DNA of 64,000 bases from assembly GCA_009840635.1 (NCBI GenBank), contig VXNL01000020.1, positions 13,883 through 77,882 on the forward strand, given 5' to 3'. Positions 26,821-37,972 of the stretch are shown piece after piece. Positions within the stretch are counted from its first letter, which is position 1; each line of letters begins with the position of its first letter. This DNA is from Acidobacteriota bacterium (GTDB lineage Bacteria; Acidobacteriota; Vicinamibacteria; Marinacidobacterales; Marinacidobacteraceae). A model generated the notes under the pieces. That model saw only the letters and a list, made by a program, of their open reading frames with translations. It was not told the DNA's origin and did not search any database. A program made the position numbers and the translations under genes.

Positions 26821-28881
26821 ATGAAAAACGTCTTGATCGCCCTTGCTGCACTGCTGCTCGCCGGTGGCGCCGCCGCCCAGGAGACCGCCGGCGACGGGCG
26901 GCTCACCGCCTCGCACATCCTGGATTGGGAACGGGTGAGCGGCCCGGCCATCGCCCCCGACGGCTCGGTGGTCATCTACACCCGCAGCCACGTGGACCAG
27001 ACGAAGGACCGGTGGGCCTCGGAACTGTGGATCGTGAACGCCGACGGCAGCCGCAACCGCTTCCTGACCAGGGGATCGGGTCCGGTGTGGTCGCCGGACG
27101 GCACCCGCATCGCCTACCTCGCGGACGCCGGGGACGACGGGAGCCAGATCTTCGTCCGCTGGATGGACGCCGAGGGCGCCACCTCGCAGATCACCCGGGA
27201 CGGTCGGACCCCGCGGGACATCCACTGGTCGCCGGACTCGAAGCACATCGCCTTCACCCGGATGGTCGCCGCTCCCGAGACCTGGGACCTGCCGTCGATG
27301 CCTCGCGCTCCCGACGGCGCCGAATGGACGAAGACGCCCCGGATCGTCCGGAAGATGCACTTCCGGCAGGACCGGGTGGGCTTCCTCGAGGAGGGTTACC
27401 GCCATCTCTTCGTGGCTCCCGCTGACGGCGGGGCGGCGCGCCAGCTCACCAAGGGCGGCTGGCACGTCGGCTCGCGCGGCGCCGTCGGCCTCGACTACGG
27501 CGCGGGGCTCGACTGGACTCCGGACGGCAAGGGTCTCGTCTTCGACGCCTCCCGGGCTGAGGACGCCGACCTCCGCTACCGCGAGTCGCACATCCACTTC
27601 GTGGACCTCGCAAGCGGAGCGATCCGCCAGATCACCGACAAGCGGGGTCCCTGGTCCGGACCGGTGGTCTCGCCCGACGGGCAGCACGTCGCCTTCAGCG
27701 GCTACGACTGGACGGAACAGACCTACAAGGTGAGCGACCTCCAGGTGATCGGGTTCGACGGCTCCGCCATGCGCTCGCTCTCGGCGAGCCTCGACCGGGA
27801 CGCCAACAATCCGATCTGGGGCCCCGACAGCGACCGGATCTACTTCACCGCCGACGACCGCGGGTCCCGCAACCTGCACGTGGCTTCCCTGGACGGGGGG
27901 ACCAGCCCGGTGACCGAGGGCACCCACATGCTCACCGTGAACACGATCTCGGCGACGGGCATCGCGGCCGCGGTCCGGACCTCCTTCCACGAGCCCGCGG
28001 ACGTGGTCGTCTTTCCGGTCTCCGACCCGTCCCGGAGCACTCGGGTGACCGCGGTGAACGACGATGTGCTGGCCGGGGTCGAGCTCGGCGAGGTGGAGGA
28101 GCTCTGGTACGACTCGACGGGCGGGACCCGGGCGCAGGGCTGGGTCATCAAGCCGCCCGGTTTCGATCCCGCCCGGAAGTACCCGATGGTGCTCCACATC
28201 CACGGCGGGCCCCACGCCATGTACAACGTGGCCTTCAACAACGCCTTCCAGAACTTCGCCGCCAACGACTACCTCCTGCTCTACACGAACCCACGGGGCA
28301 GCACCGGCTACGGGACCGACTTCGGCAACGCCATCGACAACGGCTACCCGAGCGTGGACTACGACGACCTCATGGCGGGCGTGGACGCGACCATCGAGCG
28401 CGGCTACGTGGACGAGAGCCGGATGTACGTGACCGGGTGCAGCGGGGGCGGGGTGCTGTCCTCCTGGGTGATCGGCCAGACCAACCGCTTCGCGGCCGCC
28501 TCGGTGCGCTGCCCGGTGGTGAACTGGATGAGCTTCGCCGGCACCGCCGACATCGTGCGCTGGGGTTACAGCCGCTACCACGGTTTCCCCTGGGACAACG
28601 CCGAGAAGTACCTCGAGCACTCGTCCCTCATGTACGTGGACCGGGTCACCACTCCGACCCTGCTGATGACCGGCGAGCTCGACCTGCGGACGCCGATGAG
28701 CCAGACCGAGGAGTACTACCAGGCCCTCAAGGCCGTGGGCGTCCCCACCGAGCTGGTGCGCTTCTACGACGAGTACCACGGGACGAGTTCGCAGCCCTCG
28801 AACTTCATCCGCACCCAGCTCTACATGCTGGACTGGTTCTCGCGCTACACGCGCGACCCGGCCGGGGAGACCGACCGATGA
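26821..28881 (+). CDS. S9-family serine peptidase (prolyl oligopeptidase / acylaminoacyl-peptidase type) with N-terminal TolB-like propeller
   Basis: 686 aa. Signal peptide, WSPDG repeats, nucleophile elbow VTGCSGGG, and C-terminal GELDLRTP...YHG. Confidence 0.9.
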   Translation: MKNVLIALAALLLAGGAAAQETAGDGRLTASHILDWERVSGPAIAPDGSVVIYTRSHVDQTKDRWASELWIVNADGSRNRFLTRGSGPVWSPDGTRIAYLADAGDDGSQIFVRWMDAEGATSQITRDGRTPRDIHWSPDSKHIAFTRMVAAPETWDLPSMPRAPDGAEWTKTPRIVRKMHFRQDRVGFLEEGYRHLFVAPADGGAARQLTKGGWHVGSRGAVGLDYGAGLDWTPDGKGLVFDASRAEDADLRYRESHIHFVDLASGAIRQITDKRGPWSGPVVSPDGQHVAFSGYDWTEQTYKVSDLQVIGFDGSAMRSLSASLDRDANNPIWGPDSDRIYFTADDRGSRNLHVASLDGGTSPVTEGTHMLTVNTISATGIAAAVRTSFHEPADVVVFPVSDPSRSTRVTAVNDDVLAGVELGEVEELWYDSTGGTRAQGWVIKPPGFDPARKYPMVLHIHGGPHAMYNVAFNNAFQNFAANDYLLLYTNPRGSTGYGTDFGNAIDNGYPSVDYDDLMAGVDATIERGYVDESRMYVTGCSGGGVLSSWVIGQTNRFAAASVRCPVVNWMSFAGTADIVRWGYSRYHGFPWDNAEKYLEHSSLMYVDRVTTPTLLMTGELDLRTPMSQTEEYYQALKAVGVPTELVRFYDEYHGTSSQPSNFIRTQLYMLDWFSRYTRDPAGETDR

Positions 28882-29330
28882 CCCGCCGCGTCGGTCTTGC
28901 GCTCTCGGTGGCTGCGGCTCTCGGCCTTGCCGCCGGGTTCGCGGCAGGGCGCTCGACCGCGGCGGTCCAGGCCGCCGATCTGGGGCGCTTCGTCAGCACC
29001 AGCGGCACCGAGCTCGAACTCCTGCTCTCGGAGTCCAATCTCGGCGGCGGCGAGATCCAGATCGGGGAGATCACCTGGCCGCCGGGCGCCAACTCCGGGA
29101 ACCACCTGCACGGCGCCACCGAGGTCTTCTACGTGCTGGAGGGAGAACTCGAGCACGTGGTGGATGGGGTCTCCGAGATGCTCGGTCCCGGCGATCTCGG
29201 CTTCGTCCGTCCGCCGTCCGAGGTGAACCACATCACCTCGCCGGACGGCGGCCCGGTGCGGGCCCTCGTGATCTGGGCGCCGGGCGGCGAAGGGACCCGG
29301 ATCGCCGGGAACTGGCGGCGCATCGAGTAG
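28878..29330 (+). CDS. cupin-domain protein with signal/anchor sequence
   Basis: 150 aa from ATG 28878 (ATGA overlap with the peptidase stop). Contains GNHLHGATEVFYVLEGELEH and a LGPGDLGFVRPP cupin motif. Confidence 0.75.
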   Translation: MTRRVGLALSVAAALGLAAGFAAGRSTAAVQAADLGRFVSTSGTELELLLSESNLGGGEIQIGEITWPPGANSGNHLHGATEVFYVLEGELEHVVDGVSEMLGPGDLGFVRPPSEVNHITSPDGGPVRALVIWAPGGEGTRIAGNWRRIE

Positions 29331-29438
29331 CGCCGAGCCTTCCGGCGAACCGGAGCGCTTCCGAATTCGTAAGAGGTAGGAAACCTCGGGGTTCGGTGCG
29401 TCCGCCTCCCGGCGCCACCCCGGGGGAAGGGAGCCGCC

Positions 29439-31307
29439 ATGAGCCGGAGTATCCGAGTCCGCTTTCCCAGGAGATCACGCCGCAAGGCCCCGCGCGGGGG
29501 TGAACCGGATCCGGCCGCGCCGGAGCCGGAAACGGCGGCGGGCCTCGGATCGTTCGATCCGTTTCGACGCGGCGCCGCCGATGTGCCCGACCCCGCCCTC
29601 ACCGCCGCGGAACGCGCCGGCGCCGAGGAGGAGGCGCGCCAGGGTATTCCCGCATCGGCGGCCACCGCTCCCTCTCCCGGAGAACGCCGGGCCGAGAGCC
29701 GGTTCCTGGAAGGGATCGCCAGGATTCGCGGTCTGGCGGACGGGGCCCTCGGCCGGCTGCGGGCGGCGCAGCACGAGGCGCGGACGCGCGCCGTCCGCAT
29801 CGAGTCCGGCGCCGCCCGGGAACGGGAGCGCGGGCCGGCCCTCGCGGACGTGCAGGCCGCCTGCCAGCGGCTGGACTCCCGGTACGCTCGGTCCCAGGCC
29901 GCCGCGAAGGAACTCGCGGGATTCCGCCGCGCCCGCGGGCTCCCCGACTACGTCACTCCCCGTCCGCCCTCCCGCGGCTGGATGTGGCTCCTTCTTGCGG
30001 TAGCCGTAGCCGAAACGACCGCCAACGGACTGCTGCTCCACTCGGCATCCACCGAGGGAGTGGTTTCCAACTGGCTGTTCGCCGCGCTGGTCACCGGCAT
30101 GAACGTCGGGCTGCTGGGCTGGGTGATGGGCGACCTGATCTTCCGCCGGATGCTCGGTGGGGGAGCGCTGCGCCGGGCGGTCCTCGCCGCAGCGCTGCTG
30201 CCCTGCCTGTTCCTCGCGGGGCTGCTCCACTTCGGCTTCGCCCACTACCGGGATGCGGTGCAGGCGCTTGACGCTTCGCGCGCCGCCGCCGTCGTGGACC
30301 TCGACGACATTGACGCCGGGACCGAGCCGGGGGCAGGCGGCGCCGAGTCCCATCCGCCGCCACCGGTCAGCGTCGAGCAGGCCGTCATCGGAGAACTCCG
30401 GGCCCAGTTCCTCTGGTGGCGGCCGGGCGCGACCCTCGTGGACCATCCCGCCGAGGCGCCGCCCGACGACCACTCGCTGGATTCGGTGCGGCAACTCGCG
30501 GCCGGCAGCGTCGGGTACCGGGCGGAAGACGGTGGTCTGGTGCTCGTCGAGGATCCGCTCGCGGGGAGGTTCGAAGGATGGCGCTCGCTGCTGCTGCTCG
30601 GCATCGGCTTCACCGCGCTGCTGCTGGCCGTCTGGAAGTGGTTCGGGGGCCGCGAGCCGATCCCCCACTTCGCCCGGCTCCACGGCGCGCGCGATGCGAC
30701 GGCCCGGGAACTCGAAACGGAATACGCGGATTCGCTGCGGAGGCTGGAGGAGGACGAACGCCGTCACCGGCAGCGGCTCGGCGACGCGGAAGCGGAGTTG
30801 CTCGCTCTCGGGGGCCGGTTGACCGGCCTCGATGCGGCGAGGCGTCAATTGCTCGCCCGGGAGGCGGAACTCCTCCGGGCGACGGCGGCCGCCGGAGCGA
30901 GCGCCGTCGAGGACTACCGCGAGGCGAACCGCCAGCGGCGGTTGTCCCACGACCCACCCCCGTCCTTCTGGACCACGCCCTGGGCGCCCGCGCTTCAGGA
31001 CCGGGACAAGGCCGATGATGCGGCGTGGGGGCGGGAACACGAGCAGGGTCTCTACGAGGTCATGGAGGCGGCGGAGCGGGTCCGGATCGCGAACGCCGCC
31101 CACGCCGCACCGGTCGCCGAAGCCTTCGCGGAAGCACGGGAACGGCTTGCGCAGGCGGCGCGGATCCCGGGAGCCCGGCGGCGCCCACCCGGTCCGCCGG
31201 GTGGCGGCTCCGGGCCACCCTCCGGGGGCAAGCCGGGGAGCCAGGAGGTTCGATTGGTGCCGCGCGCGGGACAGGACCCCAGCGCCCGGCTGGAGATCGC
31301 ATCTTGA
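29439..31307 (+). CDS. hypothetical 4-TM membrane protein with long coiled-coil regions
   Basis: 622 aa. Basic/Pro-rich N-terminus, a helical A/R/E-rich stretch (aa 85-165), TM at about 181-200, 209-234, 245-268 and 381-402, a coiled-coil-like tail (aa 410-575), and a G/P-rich C-terminus. GC3 is clearly high in this frame, whereas the antisense 691-aa ORF is R/G/P junk. Confidence 0.65.
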   Translation: MSRSIRVRFPRRSRRKAPRGGEPDPAAPEPETAAGLGSFDPFRRGAADVPDPALTAAERAGAEEEARQGIPASAATAPSPGERRAESRFLEGIARIRGLADGALGRLRAAQHEARTRAVRIESGAARERERGPALADVQAACQRLDSRYARSQAAAKELAGFRRARGLPDYVTPRPPSRGWMWLLLAVAVAETTANGLLLHSASTEGVVSNWLFAALVTGMNVGLLGWVMGDLIFRRMLGGGALRRAVLAAALLPCLFLAGLLHFGFAHYRDAVQALDASRAAAVVDLDDIDAGTEPGAGGAESHPPPPVSVEQAVIGELRAQFLWWRPGATLVDHPAEAPPDDHSLDSVRQLAAGSVGYRAEDGGLVLVEDPLAGRFEGWRSLLLLGIGFTALLLAVWKWFGGREPIPHFARLHGARDATARELETEYADSLRRLEEDERRHRQRLGDAEAELLALGGRLTGLDAARRQLLAREAELLRATAAAGASAVEDYREANRQRRLSHDPPPSFWTTPWAPALQDRDKADDAAWGREHEQGLYEVMEAAERVRIANAAHAAPVAEAFAEARERLAQAARIPGARRRPPGPPGGGSGPPSGGKPGSQEVRLVPRAGQDPSARLEIAS

Positions 31308-32164
31308 AGTGGGATCGCCGCCAGTTCTCCCGGTGGGGGCCTTCAGACCGGCACTGCCGCCGCGGGCGGCGCGACCGTCCGCGTCAGGGAATCGCGTGGT
31401 GCGGCCTTGCCCTGCGTGTCGCCTTCCCGGCCGCGGCCCTTGCGATCGTCTCCGGCTGCGCTGCTGAGCGCGATCGATGCGCCGACTGGCCGGCCGGCCT
31501 GCCGCCTTGGACCCTCGCCGTGGTGGTGGACGCCACCGACGGTCTCTCACGTCCCCAACGCGAGGACATGTGGAGCCGGATCCGTCCGCTGGCCGACGCA
31601 GCGCCGGCCGGATCGGTCTTCCACCTCTACGAAGTGCGGTCGGATGCCGCCGGTGGAGTTCGGGAGGTCGCGGTCGTGCGCCGTCCTCCCCACCCCTGCG
31701 AGGTGAACCACTGGTCGGACAACCCCGATCAGCGCGCCGCGCAGTGGGCGCCGCTCTATCTCCAGCCGCTCCGCGACGCGCTGGGCTCGATGTCCCGGGC
31801 CGGCCCCAGCGACTCCTCGGCCATCCTCCAGGCGGTGCAGAGCGCAGCCCGGCGGTTCGTGGATTCAGCGGAGGCCCGGGGCCATCTCATCCTGATCTCG
31901 GACCTGATGCAGAACGTGGGGGTGGACTTCTACCGGGGAATCCCGGGATTCGAGGACTTCCGGGCGACCTCGCTCTACCGTGAGGTCCGGAGCCGCGGCC
32001 TGCAGGGGGCGGCGCTCACCGTCCTGCAGCTTCCTCCCAGCCGCGACGGACTGGTGGATGAGCTGGCGCTCCGGGACTTCTGGTCCGCGTTCTTCACCGA
32101 CCAGGGCATGGTCGGCGTGGATGCCGCCTTCCTTCCGGTGGAAGGAGCACGCCGGGAGCGCTAA
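31304..32164 (+). CDS. hypothetical lipoprotein with vWA-like core
   Basis: Lipobox AAALAIVSGC. Beta-strand/loop patterns LAVVVDATDGLS, SSAILQAVQSAARRF and HLILISDLMQN are reminiscent of a vWA/MIDAS fold. The start is uncertain: TTG 31304 overlaps the upstream TGA (TTGA) but would translate through a repeat, while CTG 31412 gives a canonical short signal peptide. Confidence 0.5.
   Translation: MKWDRRQFSRWGPSDRHCRRGRRDRPRQGIAWCGLALRVAFPAAALAIVSGCAAERDRCADWPAGLPPWTLAVVVDATDGLSRPQREDMWSRIRPLADAAPAGSVFHLYEVRSDAAGGVREVAVVRRPPHPCEVNHWSDNPDQRAAQWAPLYLQPLRDALGSMSRAGPSDSSAILQAVQSAARRFVDSAEARGHLILISDLMQNVGVDFYRGIPGFEDFRATSLYREVRSRGLQGAALTVLQLPPSRDGLVDELALRDFWSAFFTDQGMVGVDAAFLPVEGARRER
31311..31373 (+). 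repeat. hybrid R2/R1 repeat, copy d
   Basis: GGGATCGCCGCCAGTTCTCCCGGTGGGGG (R2 3' half) + CCTTCAGACCGGCAC (R1-like) + the hairpin TGCCGCC-GCG-GGCGGCG. Confidence 0.7.
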
Positions 32165-34335
32165 CGCGAAAAGCCGAACCGGTAGGCCGCTGAAACCCGC
32201 AAGCTGCGCCCCGGCTGGGGCACCACCGCCGGGAAGACCGCGTAGTACTCGTCCGTGAGGTTGTTCAGGGCGAGGGTCCAGTCCACGCCGGCGAGCGGGC
32301 CGCCGTCCGGCGTGAAGCGGAGGAAGAGGTCCAGGACCCGGTAGCCCGGCGCCTCCCCGTCCGCATCGGCCGAGCGGCTCGCCGCCAGACCCCGCGACCG
32401 GCCCCCGGCCAGCGTCGCCCGGCCGCCGACTTCGAGGTCGAGGGACGGAATGCGGGTGCTGGCCATCAGGTGCAGGGCGTTGGCCGGCGCCCTGCCGAGG
32501 GCTTCGCCGGTGTCGAGGTTCTCCGTGTCCAGCACCGAACCGCTCGCGCGCATCCGGAACCGGGGCCGCTCGAAGAGCCCGGCCGCTTCGCACCCCCGCA
32601 GGCGGGCGTCGAGCGACGCGTTGTAGGTGGTTCCCCGGATGATGGTTCTCCCCGTGACCGGATCCACTTCCAGGTCGAGGCTCGGATCCGACACCACCAC
32701 CACCTGGTCCACGTAGTCGGCCACGGTCTGGTCGAAGCAGGTGGTCTCGAACGAGAGCGAGCCTCGCCCGCCCCGGATTCCGGCTTCCCAGGAGGTGCCC
32801 CGTTCGGCCGCCAGCGTCGGGTCCGACCGGAACCAGTTCAGCACGTCGATCCCCGTCCCGACCGGGAACTGGAAGTGGAGCCCGTCGGCATACAGCTCGG
32901 TCAGGCTCGGCACCCGGAAACCCCGGGAAGCGCCGACCCAGACGAACGCGGCCTCGCCGATCCGGTAACCGGCGCTCGCCCGCGGCGAGAGGTCGCCCTC
33001 GTCGCGCCCGTCGAAGCGGTCCGCCCGGATCCGCCACTGGTCGCGCCGCAGGCCGGCCGCGAGCTGCAGCCGGTCACGGACCTCGGCCTCGCCGTAGACG
33101 AAGGCGCCGAAGTACGAGGCCTCCGCGTCCGGGAACTGGAGCCGCGGCGCTCCGTCACGGGTTCCCGACTGCGTATCGCGGTAGGCCTCGGCGCCCAGGT
33201 TGAGGGTGAACCGGACGTCGTTCCCCCAGCGGAAGCGGGAGCTGTTGTGCGCCTCCATCCCCAGCGTCTCGAACGCCGTCTCATCCCGGCGGGGCCGGAT
33301 CCGCATGTCTTCTCCGACCTCCACCGCGTTGCGGTAGCCGAGGATGGAGAGGTCGAGCCACTCGGACTCCTGCGAGCGGGCGGTGAAGCGCGCCCGCAGC
33401 GCCTCGAAGCGGGTATCCCGGTCCACCAGCGTTCCGGTCAGATCGTTCGCGTTCGTGGGTTCCGCCGCCCGGTTTTCGAACCCCTGCCAGGAGACCTCCC
33501 AGCGGGTCCCGAGGTTGGGACTCCACCCCAGCTTCACGAGTCCGTTCCGGAGTTCGTCCTCGGTGTTCGGGATGGCGTCGCCGTTACCGTCCCGGATCGG
33601 CGCGCGCGTGCCGCCGAGCCCGAAGTTGACCAGCGCGTCGACCGCATCGCTCGCCGCAAACCCCGAGAAGGACTGGATGAGGTCCCCCCCATTCGACTGG
33701 TAACCGACCCGGTAGCGGCCTCCGAACTCCTCGCCGGCCTCCAGCAGGTCCCGCGCGCCCCGGGTGGTCAGCGACACGACCCCGCCCAGCGCCCCGCTGC
33801 CGAAGACGGCCGAGTTGGCCCCGCGCAGCACCTCGACCCGCTGGAGGAGGTCCGGGTCGGTGAAGAACCGGCCGCCGTGGGCGGCATTGAAGTTCTGCCT
33901 TCCCCCGTCCTGGCGAACCACCACCTGCTGGTCCGCGAAGCCGCGGATGTTCGGGGCTTCGGTGATGCGGCGGGCGTTCCCCTGGATCGAGATCCCCGGG
34001 ACCCCCTCGAAGAGGTCGGCGAAGGTGCGGGCCGCCTCGGCGGCCAGCTCCTCCTCCGTGCGCACCGCGATGGCCGCGGGCGCCGTCAGGAGCGGAGACT
34101 CCGCGCGGGAGGCGGTGACCACCACGGTCTCCGAAAGGACGGGGAGTTCCGCGTGCTCTTCTTCCTCGGAGGACTCTTCCTCGCCGGCCCGCTGATCCTG
34201 ATCGAGTTCCGCCTGGCGGGAGGCGGCATGGGCGGCGCCGGCGGAGGCCCACCCGAGAACGAAGGCGGCCGCAAGGACGCTCACCGCCCGCCGCCTTCCG
34301 GCGATCCGGATCCGGTCGGGAAACCCCAGGAGCAT
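32161..34335 (-). CDS. TonB-dependent outer-membrane receptor
   Basis: 724 aa. Signal peptide, acidic linker, TonB-box-like ETVVVTASR, plug motifs (IRGF, VVRQDGGRQNF, RVEVLRGANSAVFGSGALGG), and a long beta-barrel. Confidence 0.85.
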   Translation of the reverse strand: MLLGFPDRIRIAGRRRAVSVLAAAFVLGWASAGAAHAASRQAELDQDQRAGEEESSEEEEHAELPVLSETVVVTASRAESPLLTAPAAIAVRTEEELAAEAARTFADLFEGVPGISIQGNARRITEAPNIRGFADQQVVVRQDGGRQNFNAAHGGRFFTDPDLLQRVEVLRGANSAVFGSGALGGVVSLTTRGARDLLEAGEEFGGRYRVGYQSNGGDLIQSFSGFAASDAVDALVNFGLGGTRAPIRDGNGDAIPNTEDELRNGLVKLGWSPNLGTRWEVSWQGFENRAAEPTNANDLTGTLVDRDTRFEALRARFTARSQESEWLDLSILGYRNAVEVGEDMRIRPRRDETAFETLGMEAHNSSRFRWGNDVRFTLNLGAEAYRDTQSGTRDGAPRLQFPDAEASYFGAFVYGEAEVRDRLQLAAGLRRDQWRIRADRFDGRDEGDLSPRASAGYRIGEAAFVWVGASRGFRVPSLTELYADGLHFQFPVGTGIDVLNWFRSDPTLAAERGTSWEAGIRGGRGSLSFETTCFDQTVADYVDQVVVVSDPSLDLEVDPVTGRTIIRGTTYNASLDARLRGCEAAGLFERPRFRMRASGSVLDTENLDTGEALGRAPANALHLMASTRIPSLDLEVGGRATLAGGRSRGLAASRSADADGEAPGYRVLDLFLRFTPDGGPLAGVDWTLALNNLTDEYYAVFPAVVPQPGRSLRVSAAYRFGFSR

Positions 34336-34402
34336 TGAACCCGGAAGGCTAGCCGGAATGGGGCGGCGGGCCGCTCGGCGGGCGTCAGCCGACCCCGATC
34401 CG

Positions 34403-36082
34403 TCAGTAGCCCATCGCGGCGCCGTCTTTCCGCGGATCGGAACCGCCCAGCAGCACCCCGTTCTCCCAGTCGATCATGATGGCCTGGTAGCCCCCGTAGG
34501 CGCCGAACCGGGTCACCACGTTGTGTCCCATGCGGGAGAGCGCGGCCAGATCGTCCGGATCCACCCCGGACTCGATCCCGACTCCGGAGGCGCTGTGACG
34601 GAAACGCGGCATTTCTCCCGCCTTCTGCACGTGCATTCCGAAGTCGATCATGTTGAGGAGGACCTGGGTGTGGCCCTGGGGCTGCATGTCGCCCCCCATG
34701 ACTCCGTAGCTGAGCCACGGCCTGCCGTCCCGGAAGGCCATCCCGGGCATGTTGGTGTGGAGGGCGCGCTTGCCGGGCTCGAGTTCGTTCGGGTGTCCCT
34801 CCTCGAGCGAGAACCCGGTACCGCGGTTCTGGAGGGCGATGCCGGTGCCCGGCACCACGAGTCCGGAGCCGAAGCTGCCGAAGATGCTGTAGATGAGCGA
34901 GATGGCGTTTCGGTCCTTGTCCACCACCGTGAGGTAGATGGTGTCGCCGTCGTCGGTCATCCCCGGGGCGACCTCCCGCGCGGCCCGCTCCGGCTCGATG
35001 GCGGCGCGCCGGGTGGCCGCGTACTTCTTCGAAATGAGCGTCTCGACCGGAACCCGCATGTGCTCGGGGTCCCCCAGGTAGGCGTCCCGGTCGGCGAACG
35101 CCAGCTTCTTGGCCTCGATGAGGCGGTGGAGGTACGCCGCCGAGTTGTGGCCGGGTTCCGTGAGGTCGCCGTACCCCTCGAGGATGTTCAGCATCTCGAG
35201 GGCCACGAACCCCTGCGAGTTCGGCGGAACCTGGAACACCTCGACGCCCCGGTAGGTGGTGCTGATGGGGTCCACCCAGGTGGAGTCGTGCGCGGCGAGA
35301 TCGTCCCGGGTCACGAAGCCGCCCTCCGCCTCCATGAAGTCGTGGATGGCCTCGGCGATCTCGCCGCGGTAGAAGACGTCCGTCCCACGCTCGGCGATCT
35401 TGCGCAGGGTCTTCGCGAAGTCCGGCGAGCGGAACACCTCTCCGTGTTCGGGCGCGCGCTTCCCGTCCACGAGGTAGGTGGCGGCGGTTGCCGGGTGGCT
35501 CGCGAGTTTGCCCTCGGCCTGCCTCCATTGGACCGAGATGACCTCGGAAACCGGGAACCCCTCCTCGGCGTGCCGGATGGCCGGCTGGAGCAACTCGCCG
35601 AGCGGCCGCGTTCCGAAACGGCTCACGAGTTCCTCCCAGCCGTCGAGCGCTCCGGGCACGGTCACCGCGAGCGGGCCGCTTCCCGGCATCCGCGTGAGGC
35701 CGTCGGCGCGGAGCTTCGCGGCGTCCGACCGCGCCCCGGCGCGGCCGGTGGCGTTCAGGCCGTGCAGCGTCCCCGTTTCCGCCTCGTAGTAGAGCGCGAA
35801 AAGGTCACCGCCGATGCCGCACATCATCGGCTCGACCACGTTCAGCACCGCCGCCGCGGTGATCGCCGCGTCCACCGCGTTTCCGCCCTCCATGAGGACC
35901 CGGAGTCCCGCCGCCGAGGCCAGCGGCTGGCTGGTGGCGATCATGCCGTTCCTGGCAAGGACCGGCGAGCGGCCCAGCTTTGTGTCCTTGGCCGGCCGGT
36001 CGCCGGGCGCGGCGGCGGCGTCCAGGTTGGGCGCGGTTACGAGAAGGGACATGGAAAGGAGTAGCACAACACAAGAGCGCAT
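34403..36082 (-). CDS. ggt: gamma-glutamyltransferase
   Basis: 559 aa. Signal peptide, then GGNAVDAAITAAAVLNVVEPMMCGIGGD, the autoprocessing-site context DGDTIYLTVVDKDRNA, and GGSDPRKDG. Confidence 0.9.
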   Translation of the reverse strand: MRSCVVLLLSMSLLVTAPNLDAAAAPGDRPAKDTKLGRSPVLARNGMIATSQPLASAAGLRVLMEGGNAVDAAITAAAVLNVVEPMMCGIGGDLFALYYEAETGTLHGLNATGRAGARSDAAKLRADGLTRMPGSGPLAVTVPGALDGWEELVSRFGTRPLGELLQPAIRHAEEGFPVSEVISVQWRQAEGKLASHPATAATYLVDGKRAPEHGEVFRSPDFAKTLRKIAERGTDVFYRGEIAEAIHDFMEAEGGFVTRDDLAAHDSTWVDPISTTYRGVEVFQVPPNSQGFVALEMLNILEGYGDLTEPGHNSAAYLHRLIEAKKLAFADRDAYLGDPEHMRVPVETLISKKYAATRRAAIEPERAAREVAPGMTDDGDTIYLTVVDKDRNAISLIYSIFGSFGSGLVVPGTGIALQNRGTGFSLEEGHPNELEPGKRALHTNMPGMAFRDGRPWLSYGVMGGDMQPQGHTQVLLNMIDFGMHVQKAGEMPRFRHSASGVGIESGVDPDDLAALSRMGHNVVTRFGAYGGYQAIMIDWENGVLLGGSDPRKDGAAMGY

Positions 36083-36172
36083 GAGGAGGGCCTCCGGGCG
36101 GGCAATCCTACGTTGGAGCGGGGCGTTGTCGACCGTGGGAGTGGGTGGCGCGCTCGCCCGCGGGCGGCGTCG

Positions 36173-37968
<1,796 letters not shown>

Positions 37969-37972
<4 letters not shown>

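Noticed and set aside
26743-28779. 678-aa minus-strand ORF
   Set aside because: It is antisense to the S9 peptidase (GCSGGG nucleophile elbow, WSPDG repeats).
31240-31265. tRNA-like T-arm (GGTTCGATTGG) near the end of the 622-aa gene
   Set aside because: No acceptor or anticodon arms can be drawn around it, and it lies in-frame inside a coding sequence. I found no tRNA or rRNA anywhere in the window.
29475-31550. 691-aa minus-strand ORF opposite the 622-aa membrane/coiled-coil gene
   Set aside because: I had to choose a strand here because neither product has a recognisable family. The plus frame has clean TM helices, heptad-like helices, a high GC3 and a plausible SD. The minus frame is R/G/P-rich with no hydrophobic structure.
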